DNA of 64,000 nucleotides from Mantamonas sphyraenae STR306. Taxonomy: Eukaryota > Protista > CRuMs. The stretch lies in assembly GCA_026936335.1 (NCBI GenBank), contig JAPMXV010000049.1, forward strand, positions 62,001 through 126,000. The letters are read 5' to 3'. Below, piece after piece: positions 13,401-25,982 of this stretch. The translations under genes were made by a program, and so were the position numbers. The notes beneath the pieces were generated by a model. It had not been told where the DNA came from. It saw only the letters and a list, made by a program, of their open reading frames with translations, and searched no databases. The number at the start of each line of letters is the position of its first letter. Position 1 is the first letter of the stretch.

Positions 13401-13669
13401 AGCTGGACGAAGACAACCGCGCTCTGTTTACTGCCCACAAGCAGATTTCCCCGCGCAAGAACAAGAACATGGGTCTGCCTCAGCAGATGAGCTCCCCCAA
13501 GGATGACGAAGACGACGAATCCTCTCTGCCTAGGCGCACCTTGCCTCCTACCCCCCCTCCGCAGGACACCGACGCCGAACGCGAATCCTCCCTCGCTGCG
13601 ATGGACTTTCTGGCCGGTCTCGATGCCCACGAGCAAGAAGATGATGGCGAAGAGGATTGGGCAACATAA
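1416..13669 (+). CDS. Giant polycystin-1-like receptor, paralog B: signal peptide, ~18 filamin repeats with 2 inserted LamG domains, REJ, GAIN/GPS, 5 TM, acidic tail
   Basis: Exons are 1416-1479 (MRVALCVLLVFAVVLHAHGES), 1593-1883 and 2262-13669, with apparent frameshifts near 2870 (+1) and 12436 (-1). Filamin motifs (RDxFGN, DLxNGxY, GSPF) recur throughout. The REJ segment is NQAPNGGALSLAPANGTALDTQFTLAAPGWVD and the GPS is CEFW..WSRSGC..CECNHLTDF (11700-11822). The TM segments resemble PKD1 TM1-5 (..QEMIKVLL). Confidence 0.85.
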
Positions 13670-13684
13670 AGCACCTGCAACCTG

Positions 13685-16600
13685 TCATTTCTTCCCCTTC
13701 TTCCCTCCCCGCTTTGACTTTCTCGCCTTTTTGCTGCTGCTCGCCGAGGTGTCCTTCTCCTCCTCTTCCTCATCCACCGCCTCGTCTTGCTGGCCTGTTT
13801 CGTCTTCAACGTCGTCACGAGAACGTTTGCGAGCGTGTTCCGTGGCGTTTTTCTTGTTCTTCTTGCCCCGGGCCTTTTTGCCGCCGGTCTTGCTGCTGCT
13901 TTGTGTGCACAGAGTGACAATGCGCTTGACCATGCTGTTGAGCGGCTTCGTTTTGGTCTTGTCAGCGAGCTTGCTCACGTGCTCTTGCACTTGGGCGGCA
14001 ATCTCTGCGTCGGGCCACCCAGAGGTGTCCAGCCCGCTGGCCTTGATGTGCATGATCAGCGTGTTGACGCTCTGCAGCAGTTCCAGCATGCGCTTGCCAG
14101 ACGTCACGCGCGGCAACAGCGCAAACAGCGCCTCAGCGGCCATGTTATCTTCCAGCAGCCGTTGCATCTGTTCGCCGTGCAGCTTCTCGTGCAGCTTTCG
14201 CACGCTGAGACTTTTGTTCAGCAGCGCAAAGGCCTGGATGCCAGCGTACTCCTGCAATGCCTCCTCATCACACGCAGTGAGGTTTTGTACCATGTCCACA
14301 CAGGTCAACAGTCCCAGCTGTGGCTGTTTCGTAGCCACCGACTGGAAAAAGGCCACATTCAGGTTGGTGTTCTTTCGGCTGACAAAGTCCATGCTCGCTG
14401 CGCGCAGCTGCGTCTGCAGCGACTCCACATCCAGGGCACCAAAATCGATTCCTCCCACTTCCTGCGCATCCTTCTTGTTCACAGCCTGGCCACGCAGCAT
14501 GCGCACACACAGCAACAGGCCGTCGCCAAGAACACTCAGCGCCTCTGCGCTTTGACTGCGCATGGCCCTCTGCACCAGCTCTCCCGCCAGCCCGTTCAAC
14601 ATCTCCACGTCTGTGTCCTCCTTCTGGTACTGACTAATCTTGCACAGCCTGCGCCGGAAGCAACGCAACACACTGTCCCTGTAGTTCTTCTCTTCCTTCG
14701 ACGCCTCCTTGTTGCTTGCCCGACACAGAAAGTCCACAAACGGCTCGATTAGCTGCACCACGAGCTCGTGCGACGACTGGTGTCGGATAAACACTTCCAG
14801 TAGCTCCAGTGCCTTGTGTTTGAACTGCGTCAGCAGTCGCTTGCGCTCCTTAAAGTCACGCCTGCGCTTCTGGTTACTCTGCGTCATCGACTTGAATGCA
14901 GACGCAATCATTCCGTCGAGTTGCATCATGGCGTCGTCGTCCAGGTCTTCGGGCATCCCGTCATCGTAGTCGTCTGCGTTGATGTCCACCTTTTCCTTTT
15001 TCTTCTTCTCCTTCCCTTTGCTCTTGCCCTTCTTGCCCTTGCTGTCTTCTTCCTCAGACTCGTCGTCGCTGTCCTCCTCTTCGATCGACCCGTCGTCGTC
15101 GCTGTCCCCCGTGTTGTCAAACTCGACCTCGTCTTCATCCATCCCGTCCTCATCGTCCTCTTCGCCCTCCTCCGCCACGCTGTCTGTAAACACGACGTCG
15201 GTGATCAGTGCCAGTGACTCCTCTGTCACCTCGCCGCTGAATGCCTTGAACGAGCGCGTGACGACGTCGCGCAGACGCTGGCTGGGACGAATTAGCAGTG
15301 ACAGCAACAGGTCCGTCAACACTGTGATGCCCTCTGCCTCCTCCTCCTCCTCCTCGTCGTCATCATCATCATCATCATCATCATCTCCTTTCTTTTTGTC
15401 GTCGTTTGCGCGCTTGCGTGACCTGCGCTTGCTGCTGCCTGCGCTCTCCGTCTTGCTTTCGCGCTTCTTTGTGTTCACAATCGCATCGTAGCACTTCTCC
15501 AGCTCCTCCAGCACGGGCGTGATCTCCTCCGCCTCGGAAAGCTGCAGAATGGACACATGGATGATCAGGTCACGCACGCTGCTAAGGCGAGCACGCTTGG
15601 TGCGCAGCGCACCCAGATCCACCGCGCTCTTTTTGCTCCTTGACTTTTTCTTGCTGCTGCTGCTTGCGGTGTCCTGTGCTGCGGCCAACTCCTCATCAAT
15701 GGTGTCCAAGTCGTTTCCGATGCGTTGGATCAGCTCCACTGTGGCGTGGCGCCTCCCCTGCGCTTCCTCGTCCAGTGGTTTGATCAGCTGCACCGAATCA
15801 TCCTCCAGCAAAGACTGAAGCTGCGAGGCCACCGTAACCGTCCACGGCTCGTCGAATGCATTGTTTTCAGGCGAGGTGCACACGTCACCGACCACCGTGT
15901 GGTAGCGAGCCAGGCACAAGGTACGCAGGCTCTCCTGACGCTGCCTGCCAGCTCGGCAAACATCTTGCCGTCCTGCTCGGCATCGTTCTCGTCACTGCTT
16001 GCTTTGCGCCTACGCGAACGCTTGCTCTTCTTTGCGCTCTTGCCCGACGACGACGGCCGGAAAAAGGCCAGCGTGGCAAAGAAGCGCAAGATGCGTGCAA
16101 TGATCGCATGCTGCTCTTTCTTGACGGCGTCTGCCTTTGTCAGCGCATGCAGGTGGTTGATCACCCATGTGCGCACGGCATCTGCAGACTGATGACCGCC
16201 CTCCTCGAGGTCCATTCCGGCCACCGGAGCGTCTGCCTCCTGGCCAGCACGTTCAAACATGTCCAGCAGATACTGCACATACTCTTCCACGCCCTCCGAC
16301 AAGCCGGCCAGAAGCATTTCCGTTGTGTTTGTCTTTGTCAGCTGATCAAAGTTGCGGTTGCCGTACTTGCCCGTGAGCTGGGTGAGCAGGACGACACGCA
16401 CTTTGACGTGCTTCTCCGCGTGCGCCATCATATCCTTCAGCAGACTGCGGCTGGCTGCACTCAAGTAGCTGTCCTTGGACGCCAGATGTGTGATCAGCGT
16501 GTGCATAAAGTTGCGTGTGAACAGCACCGGCAGCTGGTCCGCTCGACCAGGCTCATCAAAATGGTAAACAGCTTCATGCCCAAGAACTTGCGCTCCTTTG

Positions 16601-17826
16601 TCGACAGCATCATCTTGCTGTCGACGATGTCGGTCCAGAACGAGCTCAACACGCTTGTGCTCACACTCCCGCTGTACTCCTCATCGGCCTCACGTCCGTC
16701 GGCCGAGAACGGCGTCGCCTCGTACACCTGGTCGCCCGAAAGCGAAAACAGCACGTTGAGCACATACTTCCAGGCCGAGTGCACTCGCGGGTGCGCACTT
16801 GGTGTTTGACACAGCACCGCGTACAACTCATCACGCTGAGCTACATCGTGCACCACGCCCGTGTGTGCAAACACAGCCTGCACCGCAGAGTCTCCTCGCT
16901 GCTTGCTCAGCACAGCCTGCAGATGCAGCGCCAGCCCCAATGCCTCGGGGGTGTACTCGGCCAGAGGTTTGCTCAGCAGCGGTGCCACCTTGGGCACCAC
17001 CAACGCTGCCACCTCCTTGGCGTCCAGCCGATCGACAAGCGCATGGACTGCTTCAAAGCAGATCTCCTGCACAAACGACTTGTTGTCTGCCAGCGACAAC
17101 AACTCGTCCACAACCTTTTCAACTGCCTCCTCGCGGCTCTCGTCCTCGGCGCTCGAGTCCAGGCGCCCGCTGCGAATCAGCGCAAGGAAACCAAAAATGC
17201 GACCAAACACCTGATCTCGGGTTTCCTGCAATGTCCGCCCCATGTGCTTGTGTCAGCGCCTCGCCTGCGCTTCGTCTCGTGCTATGAGCACTGGTGCAGC
17301 CTCGCACGACTCTGGGCCCATCTCTGTGCCTTCCTTTGGCCCAAACTCACCTGTCCGCTGAGTGCCTTGGTCACCACTGTGTTTTCCAGCACCCGCTTCA
17401 CCACCTCCCCAGCCTCCAGCGCTCCGTACTGCTTCAGCACCTGCGCTTGTTGTGTATGTGGACAACCCATGCGTGTGTCAGCGTCCCTCCTTTTCTCCTG
17501 TGTGAGGTCTCCCGGCTCGCCGTGCATGCGACGCCGAAAAGTCCGTCCGCCCACGCCAAGGCCCGTCCGCCTGTGCCTTCCCGCCCTATACTCACCTGCG
17601 CCAGTGCAAGCGAGAATCCCTGTCGTGCACCTGCGTTGGACGACGCCACTCCTCGCGTCAGACGACTCAGCGAATAGTCAAGCTGTGGAAAGTTGTCCTG
17701 GTCTTCCGCGGCCGCCGCGTACTGCTCCAGGTCATCCAAGAGACCCAGCACAGTCTGCTGCCGCACCTCGGGGTCGTACGACGACAAATCCCAGAACCGC
17801 TGCAACAATGACGAAGTCTGTGACAT
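13685..17826 (-). CDS. MYBBP1A: DNA polymerase phi (Pol5) / Myb-binding protein 1A homolog, nucleolar rDNA regulator
   Basis: Motifs are FWDLSS, LDYSLSRLTRGVASSNAGARQGFSLAL, ETRDQVFGRIFGFLALIRSG, HPRVH, KYGNRNFDQLTKTNT, VLTDLLLSLL..LRDVV, DDDAMMQLD and FKHKALELLEVFI. Introns are at 17595-17441 and 17350-17226. Apparent -1 indels lie near 16540 and 15937. Confidence 0.85.
15339..15385. repeat. (TCC)n/(TCA)n trinucleotide tract encoding poly-Asp/Glu in Pol5
   Basis: Directly visible simple repeat. Confidence 0.9.
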
Positions 17827-17934
17827 GGAATTTTCCCTGGCTGTCCCGGCGCCGACTCCTGAGCCGCCAACTGTGCACAGAATCGTCCTTTTGTTCTTTG
17901 TGTCCACTCACACTCTCCTTCCTGTCTCCTTTCC

Positions 17935-19077
17935 TCACTTTTTCCCAGCTGGCGTTCCTTCCGTCTTCATCTCTTCGATCATCTCGCTGATGTGTCCCGG
18001 CGTCACCATCTGGTTGAACGCCGAAGGCAAACGCTCGCCAAAATACACCTTTGTGTTGTTGGCCATGGACTGGAACATGGAATGCAGCAGAAACTCGGGG
18101 CTGAACTTGGCCTGGTTCGCTTCGGCTTCCCGCTTGCTCCGGTAGAACTTGGCGTCGGCCAGCGCCTTCTGGCGAGCCACATACGTCGCATCCTCGATCT
18201 TTCCCATCTCCTGCAAGGTCTGTTTGTGATGAAGCTGCTGTGCAAGCCGGATCTTGCTCACTTCCCGCATGCTCTCTGCTTCGATGGTCGCCTTCTTGCG
18301 CGCAGTCTCAGCCTCCTTCTCAATCAGCTTTTGCGTCTGTTGGGCAATCAGCAGCTTTGTCTTTTGCGCTTCCATCTGTTCATAGTTGCGTCGTACGGCC
18401 TCGGGAATCTTGGGTTTGCTTAGACGAATGGAGACGATGTCGATGCCCGGCGCCCAGATGTCGCAGTCGCGTTGGAGCGCGCTCTTCAGCCGTTCATCAA
18501 TCGAGTCAAACATGTCGATGTACACTTCCTGCAGCGTGTGCGACGAGCAAAATTGGTTGATCTCGTGTCTGTTTCGGTGGCGGCACAACAAGCGCGCGTG
18601 ACCAGGCATGACGTCAGCGGCAAACGCAACTCCACGACACCTCTGCACGCCCTCGTCCCGTCACTGCGGGACAAGGGCCCAACCCGGCACAGTGTTGCAT
18701 GCACAACCACGCACAACATACCCGAGACGTTCAAAGATCCACAGCTGGTCGTAGTTTGTGGAATAGTTGCGGATGGTGGGCAACACAAGCTCCTTCTTGA
18801 GCCGATTGACCACTTCGACCTTGGAGAACATGAGCATGACCCCACTACTTGTTCCGCAGGGCACAGACTCGAGCGAGTCGGTTTGCAGCGTGATCTGCAC
18901 GGGGCTCCACGACGTGATGTACGGCAGTTTGAAGTTGAAGCCCGGCTCAGACACACGCTCCAGCAGCTTGCCGCCAAAAAAGTACACTCCCACATGACCC
19001 TCGGGCACCACGTGGATGCCCTGGCTGATGGTCAGCGCCACAAAGCTGATGGCCACGAGGACAAAAACCAACTTCAT
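17935..19077 (-). CDS. ERLIN: Erlin (SPFH/band-7 ER membrane protein)
   Basis: It has an N-terminal anchor followed by HVVPEGHVGVY..GGKLL, VQITLQTD..VPCGTSSGV, HEINQFCSSHTLQEVYIDMFDSIDE, KPKIPEAVRRNYEQMEAQKTKLLIA and NNTKVYFG. The intron is at 18721-18569 (GTATGT..CAG). Confidence 0.93.
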
Positions 19078-19158
19078 CGGAGAGGAGTGCTGTAAAAGTT
19101 GCTGGACGAGGCGCGTGACTCAGCGTTGCTGGCCAAGCGAAGACGCACCCAGCGCAAT

Positions 19159-19770
19159 ATGGACGAGGCAGCGGCGTTGATGTCGTCGTACGTCAATATT
19201 GCCGAACGATTGCCACTTGTCGACGACGCGGGAATGTTCACAGGACAGCTTGGACACTTTGCTGGTCTGCAGGCTGCTCTGTTGGCCAAGCACGTTGAGG
19301 AAATGGAAAACCTCGTGGAGAGCATGCAGAAGCATTGGTGTGTTGTGTGTGTGTGTGCATGGCCGCGGGCGAGAAGTGTGCCCACTCCGCGAGAGCATAG
19401 GTGCTTGCCAACAAGACGGCTACTGACACTCCCGCCCCCGAACAGCCTTCAACTACTCCGAGACACGCAGCAGGAGAAGGAGGAGGCTGAATCTCAGCTG
19501 GAAGCGTTTGTGGCCAACCATCCGTGCACTTCTGCGCACGATTGCAAGCAGCTGACGCGGCCACAGGCAGTGACCAAGTACGATGCTGCTGGCAGTGCCT
19601 ACGTCGCTATGGAACCTTCAGCTTGGACAAAGCTCGAACAGCAGCTTGAAGACATTGAACACAACCACAGCACTGTGCTCGACATGCTGCAGACCCTCGA
19701 AGACATCGTCAACGGCGTTCCGCTCGACGCCTGCAACACCGATGTTTGGCTTGACGCCGGCCAAGGATGA
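19159..19770 (+). CDS. Hypothetical helical protein, weakly C1orf109/AIRIM-like
   Basis: ORF with an in-frame 108-nt intron at 19338-19445 (GT..CTGAC..CAG). The segment LGHFAGLQAALLAKHVEEMENLVESM recalls the C1orf109 family, but this assignment is from memory only. Confidence 0.5.
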   Translation: MDEAAALMSSYVNIAERLPLVDDAGMFTGQLGHFAGLQAALLAKHVEEMENLVESMQKHWCVVCVCAWPRARSVPTPREHRCLPTRRLLTLPPPNSLQLLRDTQQEKEEAESQLEAFVANHPCTSAHDCKQLTRPQAVTKYDAAGSAYVAMEPSAWTKLEQQLEDIEHNHSTVLDMLQTLEDIVNGVPLDACNTDVWLDAGQG

Positions 19771-19861
19771 CTGGGTGGATCTCCACCGCACACCCCTCCC
19801 TCACTGTGAATACAATTGTGCGAATGGAAATCCTGCCCCCGCGAAATGCGACGCAACCCAA

Positions 19862-20855
19862 ATGGCCTCCGAGGTGTCGTTGCCGCAGCAGGAGCCGCTA
19901 GAGGCTCCCTCTGTCGCCGAGACATCTTTCTTGCGCCTACTGGACAGGTGTCAGAAGAGCATGGCCAATGCACACAGTGTCAGTGACGATACATTGGTTC
20001 TACAGCAGCTTGTACGTTTTCTACGGGAGCCGTCGTCGGTTCCAACCGCCCACATTCCGTGCCCTTTTCCTGCGCGTATGAGAGTGTCTGACACTGCCTT
20101 GCTCACTGACCTCCCTCCCCTCCCCCCACATCTTTGCGTATCGACAGTACCTCAATGTGTTGCGCCAACTGTACAGCGAGCTGCGAGAGGAGGAAAAGGC
20201 CTCCGAGGACAAACTTTCAGACTACCACAAACGCCTTGAAGTGCTCAACAAGGCAGCTCGCACGCCGCTCGCAGAGATGTCGCTCACGGCCATGCGCATC
20301 CAGAGCAACAAGAACTTGAGTGTTGAGGAAAAGAATCAACAGATGGAGATTCTGCAGGTCAACAAAGAACGCTCGAGTCGGGAATTGCGTTCGCGGCTTT
20401 TCGCAGGCGCCACCCAGCGCGGCACACGTGTACATACAGACCGACCCATTGACGAGTCGCTCGGCGACGTTCATAACGCCAGCATGGTTTCCTTTGCCTC
20501 CACCAGCAGCGATCTGACCGACGACGAGGGAGCCACAGCCGGCAAGGATTTGCTCGCCCAGTACGCAGACATGGAAGAGCGCGTGACCAGTGACATGCTG
20601 GAACTTGTGCGCAACCTCAAGCAGGTCACTCTCAATGCCAATGACGTCCTCCAGCGCGACATTGCCACGGCCAGTGAAGCGGAAACAAAGCTGGACCGCA
20701 ACCTTGCCAACGCCACACGCGAAAGCCAGCGTGCAAAGCAATTCAACCAAGAGGTGTCCACTGGAACTTGTGCCATGTACGCGCTTTTCGTTCTCTGCCT
20801 CATTGTCTTTGTGGCAACCTACGCCGTGATCAAGATTTTTCCAAAGGCTGTCTGA
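19862..20855 (+). CDS. USE1: USE1-like Qc-SNARE (ER retrograde transport)
   Basis: The N-terminus has ETSFLRLLDRC. The intron is at 20012-20147. The SNARE helix is EERVTSDMLELVRNLK..LQRD..LDRNL, and the C-terminal TM ends in IKIFPK. Confidence 0.8.
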
Positions 20856-20925
20856 TCGGGGCGTGGAGACCACCATGCAAATGGACATGCTTTTTCATTC
20901 CTACGGAGGTCTCGCTTCACGGTGT

Positions 20926-23900
20926 TCACTCTGCATGCCACATGGCTTGCAGCGACTCAAGGACGGCGGCCGAAACCGCCTCGACGTCCTCCACCGTTGC
21001 CAAGGAGTCGGACTGTGCAACACCATGCACGATCAATCCGGTCACCTTGACGCCCAACACGTCGTTCACACGCTTGGCCTGCTCCTGAAGCACGTTCTTG
21101 GCTTCTTCAAGGCTTTCCACGCGCTGGTAGTATCGCACAAACAACTGTCCGCTGGCAGTTTTCATCGGTTGCTGTTCCTTGTCCATAGGATGCAACCAAA
21201 GCGCATTGCCATCGTACACGCTCACATACAGGGGCGATGTGTCCAAGTAGAATGCACGCACCGCCTCTGCCTCTTCGGGCTTGTTCACGCTCAGTCGATC
21301 CGACGACTGTGCAATGAGGGGACACGTAATCTCGTAGCCAAACGTTTGTGCTCCCTGGCGCACCAACGCGTCCACCAAAAAGTACTCCGGAGTCTTTGGC
21401 GTGGTACCGGGCAGCCAGCCCAATGCCTCGTGTGATTGCCACTCGGCGTATCGCGGATGCTCCACAAACCGTGCGTACTCTTCCTCCAGCATTTGCAAGC
21501 CCTTCAGAGTGTCAAACAGGTAGATGCCGCAGTTGCGCCAACCCCAGCCCGTAGCCGCCTCCAGCGCTTCCGGAACTCCAGCCTTGCGGTCTGCCTTTTG
21601 CCAGTTGCCGACCACGCGCCCGCTGTCGCAACTCCCCACGCCCACACGCAGGATGGGCGAGTACAAGTGCTCCGCGGGCACGTTCAACGACGGCAGCGCA
21701 GCCGCAATGGTGTCGTCCAGCGCAAATCCCAGCTCCAGCAGCCTGCGGATCGTTGCCGGATGCTTCACCGGGTTGTCACTCCACAGCACGGTGCTCAGAG
21801 ATCCTGCGAGCTCTCCTTCGCCCAGTTCCTCTCGGAGCGCCTGCAGCGCCACCAATACTGCGTCGCCGTCGCCCAGTCTGTCTCGTTGAACCGGAAACAA
21901 CAGCCGGTAGCCGTTCTCGGCGCAAAACTCGCTGTCCGCAACCACCTGCTGCAGCCGTTCTCGGTTGTTCTCGGAGCAAACCACCACAATGGTGCCCTCG
22001 CCTCCGTGGCTGCGTGTGATTGGCGCCACGTTGCGAAGACTCAGCAGAAACATCGAATCCCCCAAATCCACCATGTCCTTGCTTTCCAGGGCACCCACCT
22101 CGTCCTGCATGCGTCCACCCCATCCAGCGGCAGGGCAAATGGCAATCACGGGCCGCTCAGTCTGCACAGACGAGCCCAGACTGGCCAGCTGGGCCAGCTC
22201 CTCTTCCGAGTGGCCTTGGTCGCCCACGTTGCGGATTGTGTCCAGCATGCGCATGCGAGTGCGTCGTGTCAGCAGACCTTGGTGGCCACCGTCGTTCACA
22301 TACGTGGCCACCTCTGCGCAAAGGCGCATGCAGAATGTGCACATCTTGCCCAGGAAACGACTGTGTGGTTCCGTGTTCCACAGCGACGTCCACTCCAGCA
22401 ACAGCTCCAACGCCGTCTCCAGGTCTTGTTGCGTGTACTGTGCGTCCACCCACTCGCCATGCTTGTCCAGTTGGCCCTTGCGGTGAAGCGACATGGTTTC
22501 GCGCGAAAGCTCATCCTGGTGCGCGTGTGCAGGCAGACGTGCGTTGTGCAGGTGGTGCACCACGGTCTTGCGGATGTTGCTTTCAATGGCGGTTGTCGGG
22601 TTGTAGCCCACGGTATCGCGAGCCAAGTCGATCTGCGCGTGCGTCAGAGGCACATCACCCTTGGGCGGATCCACAGACACCATCAGTCCCTGGGCAAGGA
22701 GCGACTGGACACACTCGTCGACTGCCTCACTGCTCATCTGTTTTACCGCACCGCTCGTCTTCACCTTGCCCAGCTCGGCGGCAATCATCACAATCACCTC
22801 GCGCACGCTCGTGGTGTCCTCCTCACCCAGGTTGAACACCTGCAGCCATTCCCTGCCCTCTTGCCCGGCCTCGTAGCTCCCTTCCATACAACATCGGATC
22901 CCTTGCACAATATCCTCCACAAATGTGAAATCGCGCTGGTAGTTGCCGTCGCCATACATGGTCAGCGGCTCAGCCCCGTTGCTTTCCAGCATGCGCACAA
23001 AGCTGCCAATGGCCATGTCTGGCCGTCCGATACCTCCAGCGAGCATGGGTCCATCCACAGTGAAAAAGCGCAGTCCCGTCATTCGCATGCCGTGCTCCGC
23101 TGCAAACTGTCGCGCCTGTTCCTCGTTCTTCACTTTTGTGCCGGCGTACACACTCTCGGGCTCACTCAGCTCCATGCTCTCCGAGAACGGTCCCTGTCCC
23201 TTTTTGCCATACACAGACGATGAAGAGGCGTACACGACGTCCTTCACGCCAAACGCTGCCGCCGTGGCAAACACGTTTTGCGTGCCGTTTACGTTCACGC
23301 TGCGGTACAAATCCGGCTGCGCCATCGAAGGGCGCACGCCAGCTCGCGCAGCCAAATGCACCACAAAGTTGACCCGATAGCGGCGAAAGACAGCCTCCAG
23401 GGCGCTGGGGTCGCGCAGATCTCCAATCTCCATTTCAAAGCCCGGCTCGCTGTACAGCCGCTGAAGGTTGCGTGTCTTGATCCCATTGTCGTAGTAATCG
23501 TTGATGCTGTCAAACCCGACCACACGGTGGCCCTCCTTCAGCAACAGCAGAGCCAGGTTGCTGCCGATGAATCCTGCTGCCCCGGTGACCAGGACACACC
23601 AGTCACGTTCAGGTGAGCCTTGCTCTTGTTTTGCGCTGGACCAGTTTCGTGATTGTGTGACAGGAGCCAATCGCGCCGCTGCAATCTGCGTGCGCACGCG
23701 CAGGAGAAGACCGGCGATGTTCTCGCCCTGCGCCAGCGCGCCCGCATCTCCCTGTGCCACGTCCACCACCATCAAATCGTGCAAACGGCGCTCGTGTGCG
23801 CACAAAGTCATCAAAGCAGGGTGGATGAATCCTGTGCCGCTGACCGGGACCACGCGAAAGGCGTCCATCTCCTCTGTCAAGGATTGCACCTTGTTGTCGG

Positions 23901-25930
23901 GCACCAGGGCGACCACCACACCACCCATACCTGCACCTGTCAATGAAGCACCGACTGCACCGCCTGCACAGAAAGTCTGTTGCAACTCGTCCAGCTTGTC
24001 GCGGCTCGCTCGGAAGGCGCCTGGCTGCTTCGCAAGATCTCCATCCTGGTTGGCAGCAATGAGCTCGTCCAAAAGGTCGTCCGAAACGATTTGCGGTGAC
24101 GTGCTGCTATCTCCCGCATGTCCTGCAGACATGTGCGCTCCTGCGTTGGCCACTGCCTGAGCAGCGGCGCTCATATCTCCGGCGAGACGGCTCTCTTCGG
24201 CTTGGCGCATGCAGATATAAAACTGCTCTGCCCGCTCGCACTCTGCAATGCCAAACAGCAATGGTCCACGCAGGTCCAGTGTGACTGTTTCTGGGTCGAC
24301 GCCCGTGTCGCCAAGGGGCTCCAAGAAGCGAGCCTTTGCGTGGGCGACCGTATCTGCCAGCTCAGGGCACTGCTCCAGCAACTCCGCCACGTTTGTGCTT
24401 TGTGGCAGGTGCTTCAACAGGCTGAAGATTGCGGCCACACCGCCCACCTTGGCGAAGCGCGTGGGAGAGATTGCACTGAGGCAGTCGAGCTCAGCCACAA
24501 AGTCGGCGTCGTAGCCCAGCTTGTGTTGGGCAGTCCACTGGAGCAAGCCAATGCCCACTGTGTATGCAAAGCGTGGCAGGGCGTATGCCAGCGCATTGTC
24601 GCCCGAGAGATCGCGTTGAAGGTTGGAGTTGGCCACCAGCAGCTGGTAGCCAGGAGGGAAGGCCACGTAGCTGGGTGCAATGCCTTCCAGATCACCCTCG
24701 TAGAAGCGACCGTGTGTGATGTGGCCTGCACGTGCATACACCATGGCTGCCTGGTCGCCGAGACCTGTGGTTGCGCCTGCCTTGGCTTCCACGGCTTTGG
24801 CCATGGGCACCAAGTCGCGCTGTGCCAGCTTCAGATCGTTGCACACGAGGAAAGCCTGGAGACAGCCGAGGACGAGGGCATGGGAGGATGAGAGGCCCGA
24901 GCTGAATGGAATGTCGCTGGAGACCACTGCACGAGTGCCCTGCCACATGGTGTGCTCTGCAAAGTGCTCTTTGAGTACAGCAGCGGCACCGAGGACATAG
25001 CTGGCCCAGGACCCACGCCACTCTGTAAGTTTGGCGGCGGTGTCGTCTGCGCCGAGGTTGAGATCAAATTCGACGGGCTGAAAGTGCTCCGAGTCTGTGT
25101 TTGTCATGCGCACAATGCCAGCGTCAGCTCCCTGGGCGGGACTGAGGCTAAGCACAAGGAGAGTCTCGCGGTCGATGGCCACAGGGTTGACGGCACCGCC
25201 GTGGCTGTCGATGTGCATTCCACGCAAGTTGATGCGCGCGGGGCAGCGCAGGAGAGCCACGTGGTCGTCGGCTGCATACTGATCGGCATACGATTGGAGT
25301 GCTTGGAGCATGTGGGCGATGCGTTGTTCAACGACAAGCAGGTCGTGGCCGTATGTGGTGGCCAGAGCATCCAGGACGGCCGGAGAGCGGCCCATGAGCA
25401 GGCGCTGCCACTCGAGGACCGACAAGCCGACGTTTTGGTTGTAGATGGCAGTGTGGGACTGAAGAAGGGAGGTGGGCGACGGGTCTCGGCCGTGGAGGGT
25501 TGCCAGATTGGAACCCGTCGCCATGTAGTGGCAAAGAAGGGCAAGCCAAGGCTGGAGCAGATCCAGACCACATCCAGGCTCGGCTTCGCTGAGCAGAGGC
25601 CACAGAGAAGAGGCCGGAAGGGGAAGTTGGGCACGGCTGGCGAGCAGCGTGGCGAGGACGAGGAGTCCCAGGGCGAGCAGACGATGCTTGTCCTCGCCCT
25701 CAGCTGAGTCGCCAAAGAGGGCTTCGAAGCTCGGTGGCAGTACGACAGTGTGCTCAGCTTGCGACACGTCGGCATAGGCCAGCACGGCAGCCTGGCATGC
25801 AGCGTCGTGTCGGAGAACGCTGGTGGGAGGAAGAACGAGCAGGGTGAGCTCTGCGGGTCAACGACGGCCACCAGAGCGATGTGACGGGCGTGGGGAGGTG
25901 TGCAACGAGCAAGAGATCAAGTGAGAATTG

Positions 25931-25982
<52 letters not shown>

